Below are positions 8,700 through 18,000 of a stretch of 64,000 nucleotides of DNA, in pieces. The notes under the pieces were generated by a model, which was not told the origin of the DNA, did no database searches, and saw only the letters and a program-made list of their open reading frames with translations. A program made the translations under genes and the position numbers. Each line of letters opens with the position of its first letter. Positions within the stretch are counted from its first letter, which is position 1. Source of the stretch: Gemmatimonadales bacterium (GTDB taxonomy: Bacteria; Gemmatimonadota; Gemmatimonadetes; Gemmatimonadales; GWC2-71-9); contig JBBCJC010000002.1 in the NCBI GenBank assembly GCA_037189525.1, positions 800,001 to 864,000 of the forward strand, read 5' to 3'.

Positions 8700-11600
8700 T
8701 GACGGACGGCGTGTCGCCACCTCGAATCGAACCTCGCGCTCGCGCGCCGATTGCGGTGGTGGGTATCGGCTGCCGGTATCCCGGTGGGATCGTCGACGCG
8801 GCGTCGTTTTGGCGCGTCGTCGCCGGCGGTGTCGACACGATTACCGACATCCCGGCCGATCGCTTCGATCTGGCGCGCTGGTACGATGCCAGACCCGGGA
8901 TGCCGGGGCGGATCGGCAGTCGCAAGGGCGGATTCGTTGGGCCGGTCGATCGCTTCGATGCCTATCTGTTCGGAATTTCGCCGCGGGAGGCGGAGCGGCT
9001 GGATCCGCAGCAACGGTTGCTGCTCGAAGTGGCCTGGGAGGCCTTTCTCGACGCCGGGATGGATCCGTCGGGTCAGGAGGGCAGCCGCTGCGGCGTCTAT
9101 GTCGGCCAGTGGGTCGGCGAGTACGAAAGCCGCCTCTTTGCCGACCCGACCACGATCGACTTCCACTCGACCCAAGGCACCGGGCGGTACGCCAGCTCCG
9201 GACGATTGTCGTACACGTTTGGATTGTGCGGACCGAGCGTGACGCTCGATACGGCCTGCTCGTCGTCGCTGGTTGCTACGCACCTGGCGATCAACAGCCT
9301 GCGGTCGGGCGAAACGAATGCGGCCCTGGTCGGCGGCGTCAATCTGATCCTGCAGCCGCACACCACGATTGCCTACTCGCGCGGCCGGATGATGGCCTCC
9401 GATGGCCATTCGAAGTTCGGCGATGCCTCGGCCAACGGCTATGTCCGGGCGGAGGGGGCGGCGGTGCTGCTGCTCAAGCGGCTCGATGACGCCGAGCGCG
9501 ACGGCGACCGAGTCTATGCCGTGCTGCACGGCAGCGCGATCAACAACGATGGGCGCAGTTCCGGATTGTTCGGGCGACCGAGCCGGAGCGGCCAGGTCTC
9601 GCTCCTGGTCGATGCGTATCGGGACGCGGGAGTTCCAGCGCAGCAACTGAGTTTCGTCGAAGCGCACGGAACCGGTACCCGGGCCGGCGATCCGGTCGAG
9701 CTCGATGCGCTGGCCGAGGTGGTGGGGCGGGAGCGATCGGCGCCGCTCTGGGTCGGGTCGATCAAAACCAACATCGGGCACACGGAAGCGGCGGCCGGTC
9801 TGGCTGGTCTGATCAAAGCATCGCTCAGCCTCTATCACGGGGTGGTGCCGCCGAGTCTGCATTTCCGCGAACCGACATCGTCGTTCGACTGGAGCGCCTC
9901 GTCGTTGCAGGTGCCGACGGCGGCGGTGACGCTGGAGGGCGATCGCGACCGGTGGCTCGGTGGGGTGACCTCGTTCGGGATCTCCGGCACCAATGCCCAT
10001 GTCGTCGTCGGAACCGGTCCTCAGCGCGCTCCGGTTCCGGTGCGCTCGGCTGGGCTATTGCTTCCTCTTGCCGCGCATATCCCCGCGGCCCTGGGTCAGT
10101 ACGCAAAGGCTCTGGCCGATCGGTTCGAGCACGCTACCGCAGCGGAAGTCGCGCGGACGGCCGCTGTGCTCGCTCGGCGGTCGAGTCTGCCCCATCGCGC
10201 CGCGATTGTGGGTGGCGACGTAGCCGCCGTAGTCGCCGGGTTACGCGCGCTGGCGGACGGTGAACCGGCGGCGGGCCTGGTTACCGGGGAAGCACCGATC
10301 GAGGGGCGGCATCGGACGGCGCTGGTCTTTCCGGGCCAGGGTGGGCAGTGGCTCGGCATGGGGCGGCGACTGCTCGAGACCGAGCCGGTGTTTGCGCAGA
10401 CCGTGGCGGCAATCGATGAGGTGCTTGCTCCGCTGGTCGACTGGTCTGTGACCGAGCAGCTGCAGCTCGATCCGGCCGATCCCACGTGGCAGCTCGATCG
10501 CATCGACGTGATCCAGCCCGTGCTGGTGGCGCTGGAGATGGCGTATGCGGCGCTGCTGCGCGACTACGGGATCCGGGCGGACGGCGTGGTCGGGCATAGC
10601 ATGGGCGAGGTCGGCGCCGCCTGGTATGTGGGTGCACTTTCGCTGGCTGATGCGATGACGGTCATCGTACATCGGAGCCGGCTGCTGCGCACTGTGGCCG
10701 GCGCCGGAGCGATGGCGGTGGTCGAACTTGGTGATGCCGATGCTCGCGCGGCTATCGGAGCGCGGACCGACCGAGTCGGTGTGGCAGTTCGGAATGCGAG
10801 CAACAGTTCGGTCTTGAGCGGTGATCCCGATGCGGTGGGCGAAATCATCGCTGAACTGGAAGCACGCGGCGTTTTCACCAGGTATGTGAAGGTCGATGTC
10901 GCTTCGCACAGCCCGCAGATGGATGCGCTGACGGGTCCTCTGGTCGACGCATTGGGCGCCATCGTGCCTGGAGCGACGGCGATCGCGATGTATTCGACCG
11001 TACTGGCTGAGCCGCTGGCTGGCAGCGGAACGACGGCCGCGTACTGGGGACAGAATCTTCGCGAACCGGTCCGCTTTGCGGAGACGATCGACCGGATGCT
11101 GGCCGACGGCTACGACACTTTCATCGAGGTTGGTCCGCATCCGGTGCTCACGTCGGCGGTGACGCGCGTAGCTGAGGATCGCGGCGCCGAGGTGCGGGTG
11201 TTGTCCACCGGCCGCCGGGATGAGGATGCTCAACTCGAGTTCCTCAATCTCCTGGGTGAGTGCCATGTCGCCGGCCTTCCGGTCGACTGGCATCGGGTCT
11301 ATCCCGGGCCGATCGACCACGATCTCGAGTTGCCGCCGTTTCCGATGGTGCGGGAGCGTTACTGGTTCGATCCGGGGCTCGAGGCCGTTACCGAGGGCGG
11401 GGCAACCGGTCATCCGCTCTTGGTTGCGCCGTTCGCCGCGGCAGTCGGTGTACGCGGCTGGGAAGCCTCGGCGCAGCGGATCGGAACGACGTGGCTCGCG
11501 GATCATGTGGTGCGGCAGTCGGTTCTCTGGCCCGCTGCGGCGAGTGCGGAAGGGTTGCTGGCCGCCGTGTCGGATGCGGCAGGCGGCAACTGGTTTCTGC

Positions 11601-14600
11601 GCAATGTCCGGCTCCATGAGGCGCTGCCGGTCGAGCCGGCGCGGCCGGTCCGCCTGCAGTGGTCCGAACGGGGCGATGCCAAGGGGCGGCATGTCTCATT
11701 GCACGCGCGTGAAGGTGGTGACGAGTCCGGGTGGCGCCTGATTGCGGATGCGACAGCCATTCCGCGTGTATCGGACCGGCAGGCCGTAGCGATCGATGCG
11801 CCACACGCTGCTGATTTGGTCGAGTCCGGCGAGGATTTCTACCGCCGGTTGCGACTGCGCGGGTTGGAGTATGGGCCGGCTTTTCAGACGATTACGGAAG
11901 TCCGATCGGGTAAGGACAACGCGGAAAGTCGGTTGGCGTTGCCGCAGCCGGTCCTTACCGATCCGGGTCTCGAGCGCTATCGGGTGCATCCGGTCCTCAT
12001 CGATGCTGCGCTGCAGACGATCATCGCGGCTGCGGTTGGTCCGGATAACTCGAGGGTGACTACGCCGTTGCCGGTCCGCATCGGAACCTTCGAGGTCGGC
12101 TCGGCCTCGTGGCAGAGTGGGCCGCTCGCTGTGCGGGCGAGCGTTACCGATCGGTCGCCGGGCGGATTTACGGGCAATGCCGTTGTTTCGGATTCCGAGG
12201 GTCGGCTGATCGCGACCCTCGAATCGGCCGGGTTTGCCTGGACCGGAGTCGAGACAGGGACGATCGACGAGACGTTCTTCTCGCTCGATTGGGAGCCGGT
12301 GGAGTTGGTCAATGCCGAGGTGGAAGGGCGCCGGTTCGTCGTGATTGGCGATCGGGAAGCGAGCCTGGCCGGATCACTCCGGGCTCGGGGCGGCCAGGTC
12401 GACGCGGTGTCCTCGTTGGATGCGTTGACGGCCTTGGGGGACCTGCCCGGAGCGTGCGATGTCATCTGGTGCGTCGATGGCGAAGGATCGAGCCAGGATC
12501 AGGTAATGCGCGGCGAGCAGCTCGTCACGCAGGCGGTTCGCCTGGGGCAGTGGTGTACGGAACGAGACAGCCAGGTCGCGCGGGTTGTCGTGGTGACACG
12601 TGGCGCGGTTGGGTTTGGGGGTGACGGGGCCTGCGACGTCGCGGTTGCGGCCACACGCGCCGTCGGCCGGGTGCTCGGTCATGAGGTGCCGGGGCTGCTG
12701 GTTCAGGCGGTCGACTTGCCGGTCGATGGAAGCTGGGGAGAGGCGCTTCCGGCCTCGATCGCCGCGTCGGCCGATGCGGAGCTGGCGTATCGTGACGGCC
12801 GATGGTACGCCGCACGTTTGGGTTCGTTTGCGGTACCTGAGGCGCGAGTTGGCGTAGATGAGTCGTATCAGTTGACGCTCTTGTCTCCCGGATCGCCCGA
12901 TCAGCTCGAGTGGGTTGCTCGCGGGCGGCGCGCCCCGGGGGCTGGGATGGTCGAAGTCGAGGTCGAGGCGGTCGGCCTCAACTTCATGAATGCCCTGAGC
13001 GTGCTCGGCGCTTATCCCGGCGCGCCGAACGGGGTTGGTTCACTCGGCCTCGAAGGCGCCGGCCGAGTCTCTCGGGTTGGCGAAGGTATTAGCCATGTGG
13101 CCCCTGGCGATCGGGTGCTCTTCGTGGCGCCGGACGCCATGGCCCGCCATGTCGTGACCTCGGGTGAGTTGGTCGTACCGGCGCCGACCACCGATCCCGC
13201 CGAGGTTCTCGCGGCGCTGCCGATTGCGTACCTGACGGTCCACTACGGTTTGGGTGTTCTGGCGCGGCTCTGCCGGGGCGACCGCGTCCTGATTCACAGT
13301 GCCGCGGGCGGTGTCGGGCTCGCGGCCATTGCCTATGCCCGGATGTGCGGTGCAGAGGTCTATGCGACGGCGGGCACGGCCGAGAAGCGGGAATGGCTCA
13401 AGTCGCTCGGTGTGCATCATGTATTCGACTCGCGCTCGCTGGCCTGGGCCGATGCCGTGCTCGAGGCGACGGGTGGCGAGGGCGTCGATGTCGTGCTCAA
13501 CTCCCTGGCGGGTCAGGCGCAGGAGCGTGGCCTCGACGTGCTGCGGACGGATGGCCGTTTCGTCGAGATCGGCAAGCGTGACATCTATGATGATCGCGCG
13601 CTTTCGCTGGGGGCATTTCGGAACGGTCTTGCCTTCTTTGCCGTCGACCTGGACCGAATGATTCGGGAGCGTCCCGATCGGGTCGGAGCGATGCTGCGGG
13701 ACGTCAGCGTGATGATCGGGGCGGGGCAGCTCGAGCTTCTGCCGGTCGAAACGTTCCCGGCGGATCAGGTCGGCGATGCTTTCCGGCGGATGTTGCCAGG
13801 TACGCATCGCGGGAAGCTCGTGGTCTCGCTCGCGGTGGCGCCGTCGCGACTCGCGCTCGGCCCGGCCGTTGCGCCCATTCGGGATCATGGCACGTATCTC
13901 GTCACCGGCGGACTGGGCGCTTTGGGTCTGGTCGTGGCGTCGTGGCTGGTCGAGCGCGGTGCGGGCGCGATCGTCCTGGTCGGGCGTCGAGCGCCGGATC
14001 AGGCGACGAAAGCCAAACTCGACGAACTGGCCCGGCGGGGTACCAGGATCGAAACACGTGCATTCGATATCGGCGATCGCGATGCCGTGACGAGCCTGTT
14101 CGCTTCCCTGAGCGGGCTTCCGGCGCTTCGTGGCGTCTTCCACCTTGCCGGTACGCTCGACGATGCGCCGATCTCGGCGCTCACGCCCGAGCGGATTGCG
14201 GTGCCGTATCGGCCCAAGGCGGCGGGCGGGCTACATGTTCTCGATGCGGCGCGGGCGCATCCGCTCGATTTTGCGGTCGCGTTCTCGTCGGTGGCGTCGC
14301 GGTTCGGGACACCCGGGCAGGCCAATTACGCGGCGGCCAACGCCGTACTGGATGCGCGCGCGGCTAATACAGAAGCACGGTTGCTCAGCATCAACTTCGG
14401 GCCGTTCGCATCGATCGGTCTAGCCGCGGCAGACCCTGCGCGTTTGAGTGCGCTGGCGCGGCAGGGGTTCGGCGCGCTCGACGGCGAAGAGGCTCTGCTC
14501 GCGCTCGATCGGTTGCTCGGCGCGGGTGTTCGCGGGGCGGTGACGGTTGCGCGGTTCGATGCTGAGCGCTGGGTGTCGGGTAAGGACGACGCGGATCGGC

Positions 14601-15055
14601 GATGGGTGGCCCGATTGCTGGATGGCCGGACTGATGAACCTGCGCAGCCAGTGATGGTGTCGTGGCGGGGGCAGGTCGAGGCTATTCCGCCCGGGCGCCC
14701 GCGCCGCCGTGAGCTCGAACGGCTGGTGACTGCGGAGGCCGCTGCGGCGCTCCGCCTGCCGCCCGCGCAGATCGGAGTCGACCGCCCGCTGCGGACGCTG
14801 GGGATGGATTCGTTGCTGACACTCGAGTTTCGCAAGCGGCTCGAGCGCGCGACCGATCTCCGGGTCGGCGCCCCCGTCTTTTTCAGTCATCCCACGGTGG
14901 CGGCGTTGACCTCGTATCTGGCGGAGCGGTGGGAACTGCCGCTCGATGCCGCGGCGGTTGCGGACGATAGCGAGCTCGAGACGCTGCTCGACGATCTGTC
15001 GGCGCTGAGTGAGGAAGAACTCGATGCGTTGCTGGGCGACGGAGGTGGCGCGTGA
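8699..15055 (+). CDS. PKS1: KS-AT(methylmalonyl-type)-DH-ER-KR-ACP
   Basis: KS DTACSSS/HGTGT/KTNIGH; AT RIDVIQP, GHSMG, VDVASH; DH LADHVVRQSVLWP and [52 protein letters not shown]. Confidence 0.95.
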   Translation: MTDGVSPPRIEPRARAPIAVVGIGCRYPGGIVDAASFWRVVAGGVDTITDIPADRFDLARWYDARPGMPGRIGSRKGGFVGPVDRFDAYLFGISPREAERLDPQQRLLLEVAWEAFLDAGMDPSGQEGSRCGVYVGQWVGEYESRLFADPTTIDFHSTQGTGRYASSGRLSYTFGLCGPSVTLDTACSSSLVATHLAINSLRSGETNAALVGGVNLILQPHTTIAYSRGRMMASDGHSKFGDASANGYVRAEGAAVLLLKRLDDAERDGDRVYAVLHGSAINNDGRSSGLFGRPSRSGQVSLLVDAYRDAGVPAQQLSFVEAHGTGTRAGDPVELDALAEVVGRERSAPLWVGSIKTNIGHTEAAAGLAGLIKASLSLYHGVVPPSLHFREPTSSFDWSASSLQVPTAAVTLEGDRDRWLGGVTSFGISGTNAHVVVGTGPQRAPVPVRSAGLLLPLAAHIPAALGQYAKALADRFEHATAAEVARTAAVLARRSSLPHRAAIVGGDVAAVVAGLRALADGEPAAGLVTGEAPIEGRHRTALVFPGQGGQWLGMGRRLLETEPVFAQTVAAIDEVLAPLVDWSVTEQLQLDPADPTWQLDRIDVIQPVLVALEMAYAALLRDYGIRADGVVGHSMGEVGAAWYVGALSLADAMTVIVHRSRLLRTVAGAGAMAVVELGDADARAAIGARTDRVGVAVRNASNSSVLSGDPDAVGEIIAELEARGVFTRYVKVDVASHSPQMDALTGPLVDALGAIVPGATAIAMYSTVLAEPLAGSGTTAAYWGQNLREPVRFAETIDRMLADGYDTFIEVGPHPVLTSAVTRVAEDRGAEVRVLSTGRRDEDAQLEFLNLLGECHVAGLPVDWHRVYPGPIDHDLELPPFPMVRERYWFDPGLEAVTEGGATGHPLLVAPFAAAVGVRGWEASAQRIGTTWLADHVVRQSVLWPAAASAEGLLAAVSDAAGGNWFLRNVRLHEALPVEPARPVRLQWSERGDAKGRHVSLHAREGGDESGWRLIADATAIPRVSDRQAVAIDAPHAADLVESGEDFYRRLRLRGLEYGPAFQTITEVRSGKDNAESRLALPQPVLTDPGLERYRVHPVLIDAALQTIIAAAVGPDNSRVTTPLPVRIGTFEVGSASWQSGPLAVRASVTDRSPGGFTGNAVVSDSEGRLIATLESAGFAWTGVETGTIDETFFSLDWEPVELVNAEVEGRRFVVIGDREASLAGSLRARGGQVDAVSSLDALTALGDLPGACDVIWCVDGEGSSQDQVMRGEQLVTQAVRLGQWCTERDSQVARVVVVTRGAVGFGGDGACDVAVAATRAVGRVLGHEVPGLLVQAVDLPVDGSWGEALPASIAASADAELAYRDGRWYAARLGSFAVPEARVGVDESYQLTLLSPGSPDQLEWVARGRRAPGAGMVEVEVEAVGLNFMNALSVLGAYPGAPNGVGSLGLEGAGRVSRVGEGISHVAPGDRVLFVAPDAMARHVVTSGELVVPAPTTDPAEVLAALPIAYLTVHYGLGVLARLCRGDRVLIHSAAGGVGLAAIAYARMCGAEVYATAGTAEKREWLKSLGVHHVFDSRSLAWADAVLEATGGEGVDVVLNSLAGQAQERGLDVLRTDGRFVEIGKRDIYDDRALSLGAFRNGLAFFAVDLDRMIRERPDRVGAMLRDVSVMIGAGQLELLPVETFPADQVGDAFRRMLPGTHRGKLVVSLAVAPSRLALGPAVAPIRDHGTYLVTGGLGALGLVVASWLVERGAGAIVLVGRRAPDQATKAKLDELARRGTRIETRAFDIGDRDAVTSLFASLSGLPALRGVFHLAGTLDDAPISALTPERIAVPYRPKAAGGLHVLDAARAHPLDFAVAFSSVASRFGTPGQANYAAANAVLDARAANTEARLLSINFGPFASIGLAAADPARLSALARQGFGALDGEEALLALDRLLGAGVRGAVTVARFDAERWVSGKDDADRRWVARLLDGRTDEPAQPVMVSWRGQVEAIPPGRPRRRELERLVTAEAAAALRLPPAQIGVDRPLRTLGMDSLLTLEFRKRLERATDLRVGAPVFFSHPTVAALTSYLAERWELPLDAAAVADDSELETLLDDLSALSEEELDALLGDGGGA

Positions 15056-18000
15056 GCGACCTTCGGCAGCGCGTGGCATCGCTCACCCCGGAGCAGCGAG
15101 CGGCGCTGAGCAAACGTCTGGGGGAACGCACGGCCCCGGTTCGCGAGCCGATTGCGATCGTCGGTATGAGCTGCCGCCTGCCGGGTGCGGACGGGCTCGA
15201 TGCGTATTGGGACCTGCTGGTTGAGGGACGCGATGCCGTCGGCCCACCACCTCCAGGCCGGCGCGATCATCTGCGGACCGAGGCCGGGTATCTCAGCGCG
15301 GTCGATGGCTTCGACGCCGAGTTTTTCGGGGTGCCGGCGCGAGAGGCCAGGTCGATGGATCCGCAGCAGCGGCTCCTCCTCGAAGTGGCCTGGGAAGCGC
15401 TGGAGCATGCCGGAATACCCGCGGATCGGGTCCGGGGCAGCAGTGCGGGCGTGTTCGTCGGGATCCACAGTCACAGCAGCGACTACCACCTGCTCCAGCT
15501 TGCGACGCCGGGCGAGGTGGATCCGTACGGCAGCACGGGGGCAGCGCACAGCATCGTTGCGAATCGGCTGTCCTATTGGCTGGATCTGCGCGGGCCGTCG
15601 ATGGCGATCGATACCGCCTGTTCCTCATCGCTGGTCGCGGTGCATCAGGCCTGCCTGAGCTTGCGCGCCGGCGAAACCGATCTGGCGCTCGCGGGCGGTG
15701 TCAATCTGATCCTGCTCGAAGCGGCCACGACGGCATTCGACCGGCTGGGAATCCTCTCGCCTGGTGCGCGGTGCCGTGTCTTCGATGCGGCCGCCGACGG
15801 GATTGCGCGAGGCGAAGGGGTTGGCGTCGTCGTCCTCAAGCGGCTCTCGGATGCCGAGCGCGACGGCGACCGGATTCTGGCGGTGGTTCGGGGCAGCGGT
15901 GTCAATCAGGACGGCGCCAGCAACGGGCTCACCGCGCCTAACGGCGCGGCGCAGGTTGCGCTGCTCAAGAAAGTCTGGTCGGACAGCGGCATTTCCGGTG
16001 CGCAGCTTTCCTTGGTCGAGACCCATGGGACAGGGACGCCGCTGGGCGATCCGATCGAAGTGGCAGCCCTGTCGGATGCGATTGGCGCCGCCGGGGCTCA
16101 GGCTTCCATTTGGCTTGGCGCGGTCAAGTCGCAGATCGGCCATCTCGAGGCGGCAGCGGGAATTGCGGCACTGATCAAGGCGGTGCTCTGTCTCACCCGG
16201 CGGTTGGTTCCCGCGGTCTGTCACTTCCAGACCCTGAATCCGCAGATCGAGCTGGTGGGTTCCGGGCTTGCGGTTCCGACCCGAGTCGAGGCATTGCCTG
16301 CGCACGGCCGGCTCCTCGCGGGCGTCAGCTCGTTCGGGTTTGGAGGAACCAACGCGCACCTCTGCGTCGAATCGGGTCCGGAGCGAGCGATAGAGTCGGT
16401 TGAGCCCGCGCCTGTATTGGTGCTGCCGCTCTCGGCGCGCAGTGGATCGGCGGTGCGCGAGCTCGGTATGCAGCTGACCGGTCGGCTCCGATCGTCGAGC
16501 GACGCCGACCTTCGGAACATCGTCGCGACTGCCGCGCTCCGACGCACTCATCATGACCATCGTCTGGCGGCCGTCGGCGTTGATCGCGATTCGCTCGTTG
16601 CGGATCTGGAACGGCGGATGACCGATCCGGTCTGGCCGGCATCGCGTGACGGGATCGTCTTCGCTTTCGGGGGACAGGGCACCCAGTGGTCGGGGATGGG
16701 ACGTGAGCTGCGGGAGTCGGAGCGCGTTTTCCGGGCCACCTTCGATGCGATTGCGGATCGTTACCGCTCGCTTTCGGGTGTCGATCTCGTCGAACTGATC
16801 GACGGCCGCGATGCGGGACGCCTCGCGGAAACCGGATATGCGCAGCCGGCGATTTTCGCAGTGCAGGCGGGCCTGGTGGCGCTGCTCCGATCCTGGGGAA
16901 TCGTTCCTGATCGGGTTGTCGGGCACAGCGTTGGGGAGATCGCCGCGGCCCATGCGGCGGGTATTCTGTCGCTCGAGGCGGCGGTCGACGTCGTCTATCA
17001 CCGGGGCCGGCTGATGCAGTCGGTGCCGCGTGGCGGTGCGATGATTCAGGTTGGATTGGCAGAGGCGGAGCTTCGTGCTGTGCTCGACGGATTCGGCCCT
17101 GAGGTGGCTGTGGCCGCGCTCAACGCGCCGGCCGTCTCGGTTGCTGCGGGGCCGCGCGAGGTGGTCGATGCGCTCGCTTCCCGTCTCCAGGCAGACGGCG
17201 TCAGCGTTCAGCGAGTTCCGGTCGAGTATGCCTTCCACAGTCCCGCGGTTGCGCCGGTGACGGAGCCGTTAGTTCAGGCGCTACGGGGGGTCGTGCCCGG
17301 GGCGGGATCGATTCCGATCGTATCGACGGTCACGGGGTTGCCGGCGCGGGCCGGCGATTTCACCCCGGAGTACTGGGCTCGCAACGTCCGTGAGACAGTA
17401 CGGTTTGCGCCGGCGATCCGGCGCTCGCTGGAGGATGGGGCGGGCATCGTCCTCGAGATCTCGCCGCATCCCGCGTTGCTTGCCGGTGTCGCGGCGGTGG
17501 CCGATCAATTGGGTCGGCCGGTCGCCACGGTTGCCGTGATGCGCCGAGACCGGCCTGTTGCCCTGGCGCTGCGCCAAGCGGTAGCTGCGCTTTATGCGGC
17601 TGGGGTTGATCCAGATTGGTCCGCGCTGGTCGCGGCAGGTGCGCCGGTGGACCTGCCCCGCTATCCCTGGCAGCGCACCCGGCACTGGCTGGGCGCGCCG
17701 GATGTCCGCGCTCTCGGTAACAACGTACTCGGCACTGGTTCGACTGTGCCGGGAGTGACCTATCGAGTGGAGTGGCAGGCGTCGGCTGCGCAGGTAGGGC
17801 TGCCGTCGTCCGGCGAGCCAGTTGCGGTTCCGTCGATTTCGATGCCGCCGACTGAGGATGAAGGCGCGTTGCTGGCGTCCCTCGAGCGACGATCGGGAGT
17901 GTTGATTGCAGAGGCCTTTGCGCGCCTTGGGGTGCTGGACCTTGCCGATCCGATTTCGTGGGATACGGCGATGGGTCTCGGTGTATTGCCGCGCTATCGC

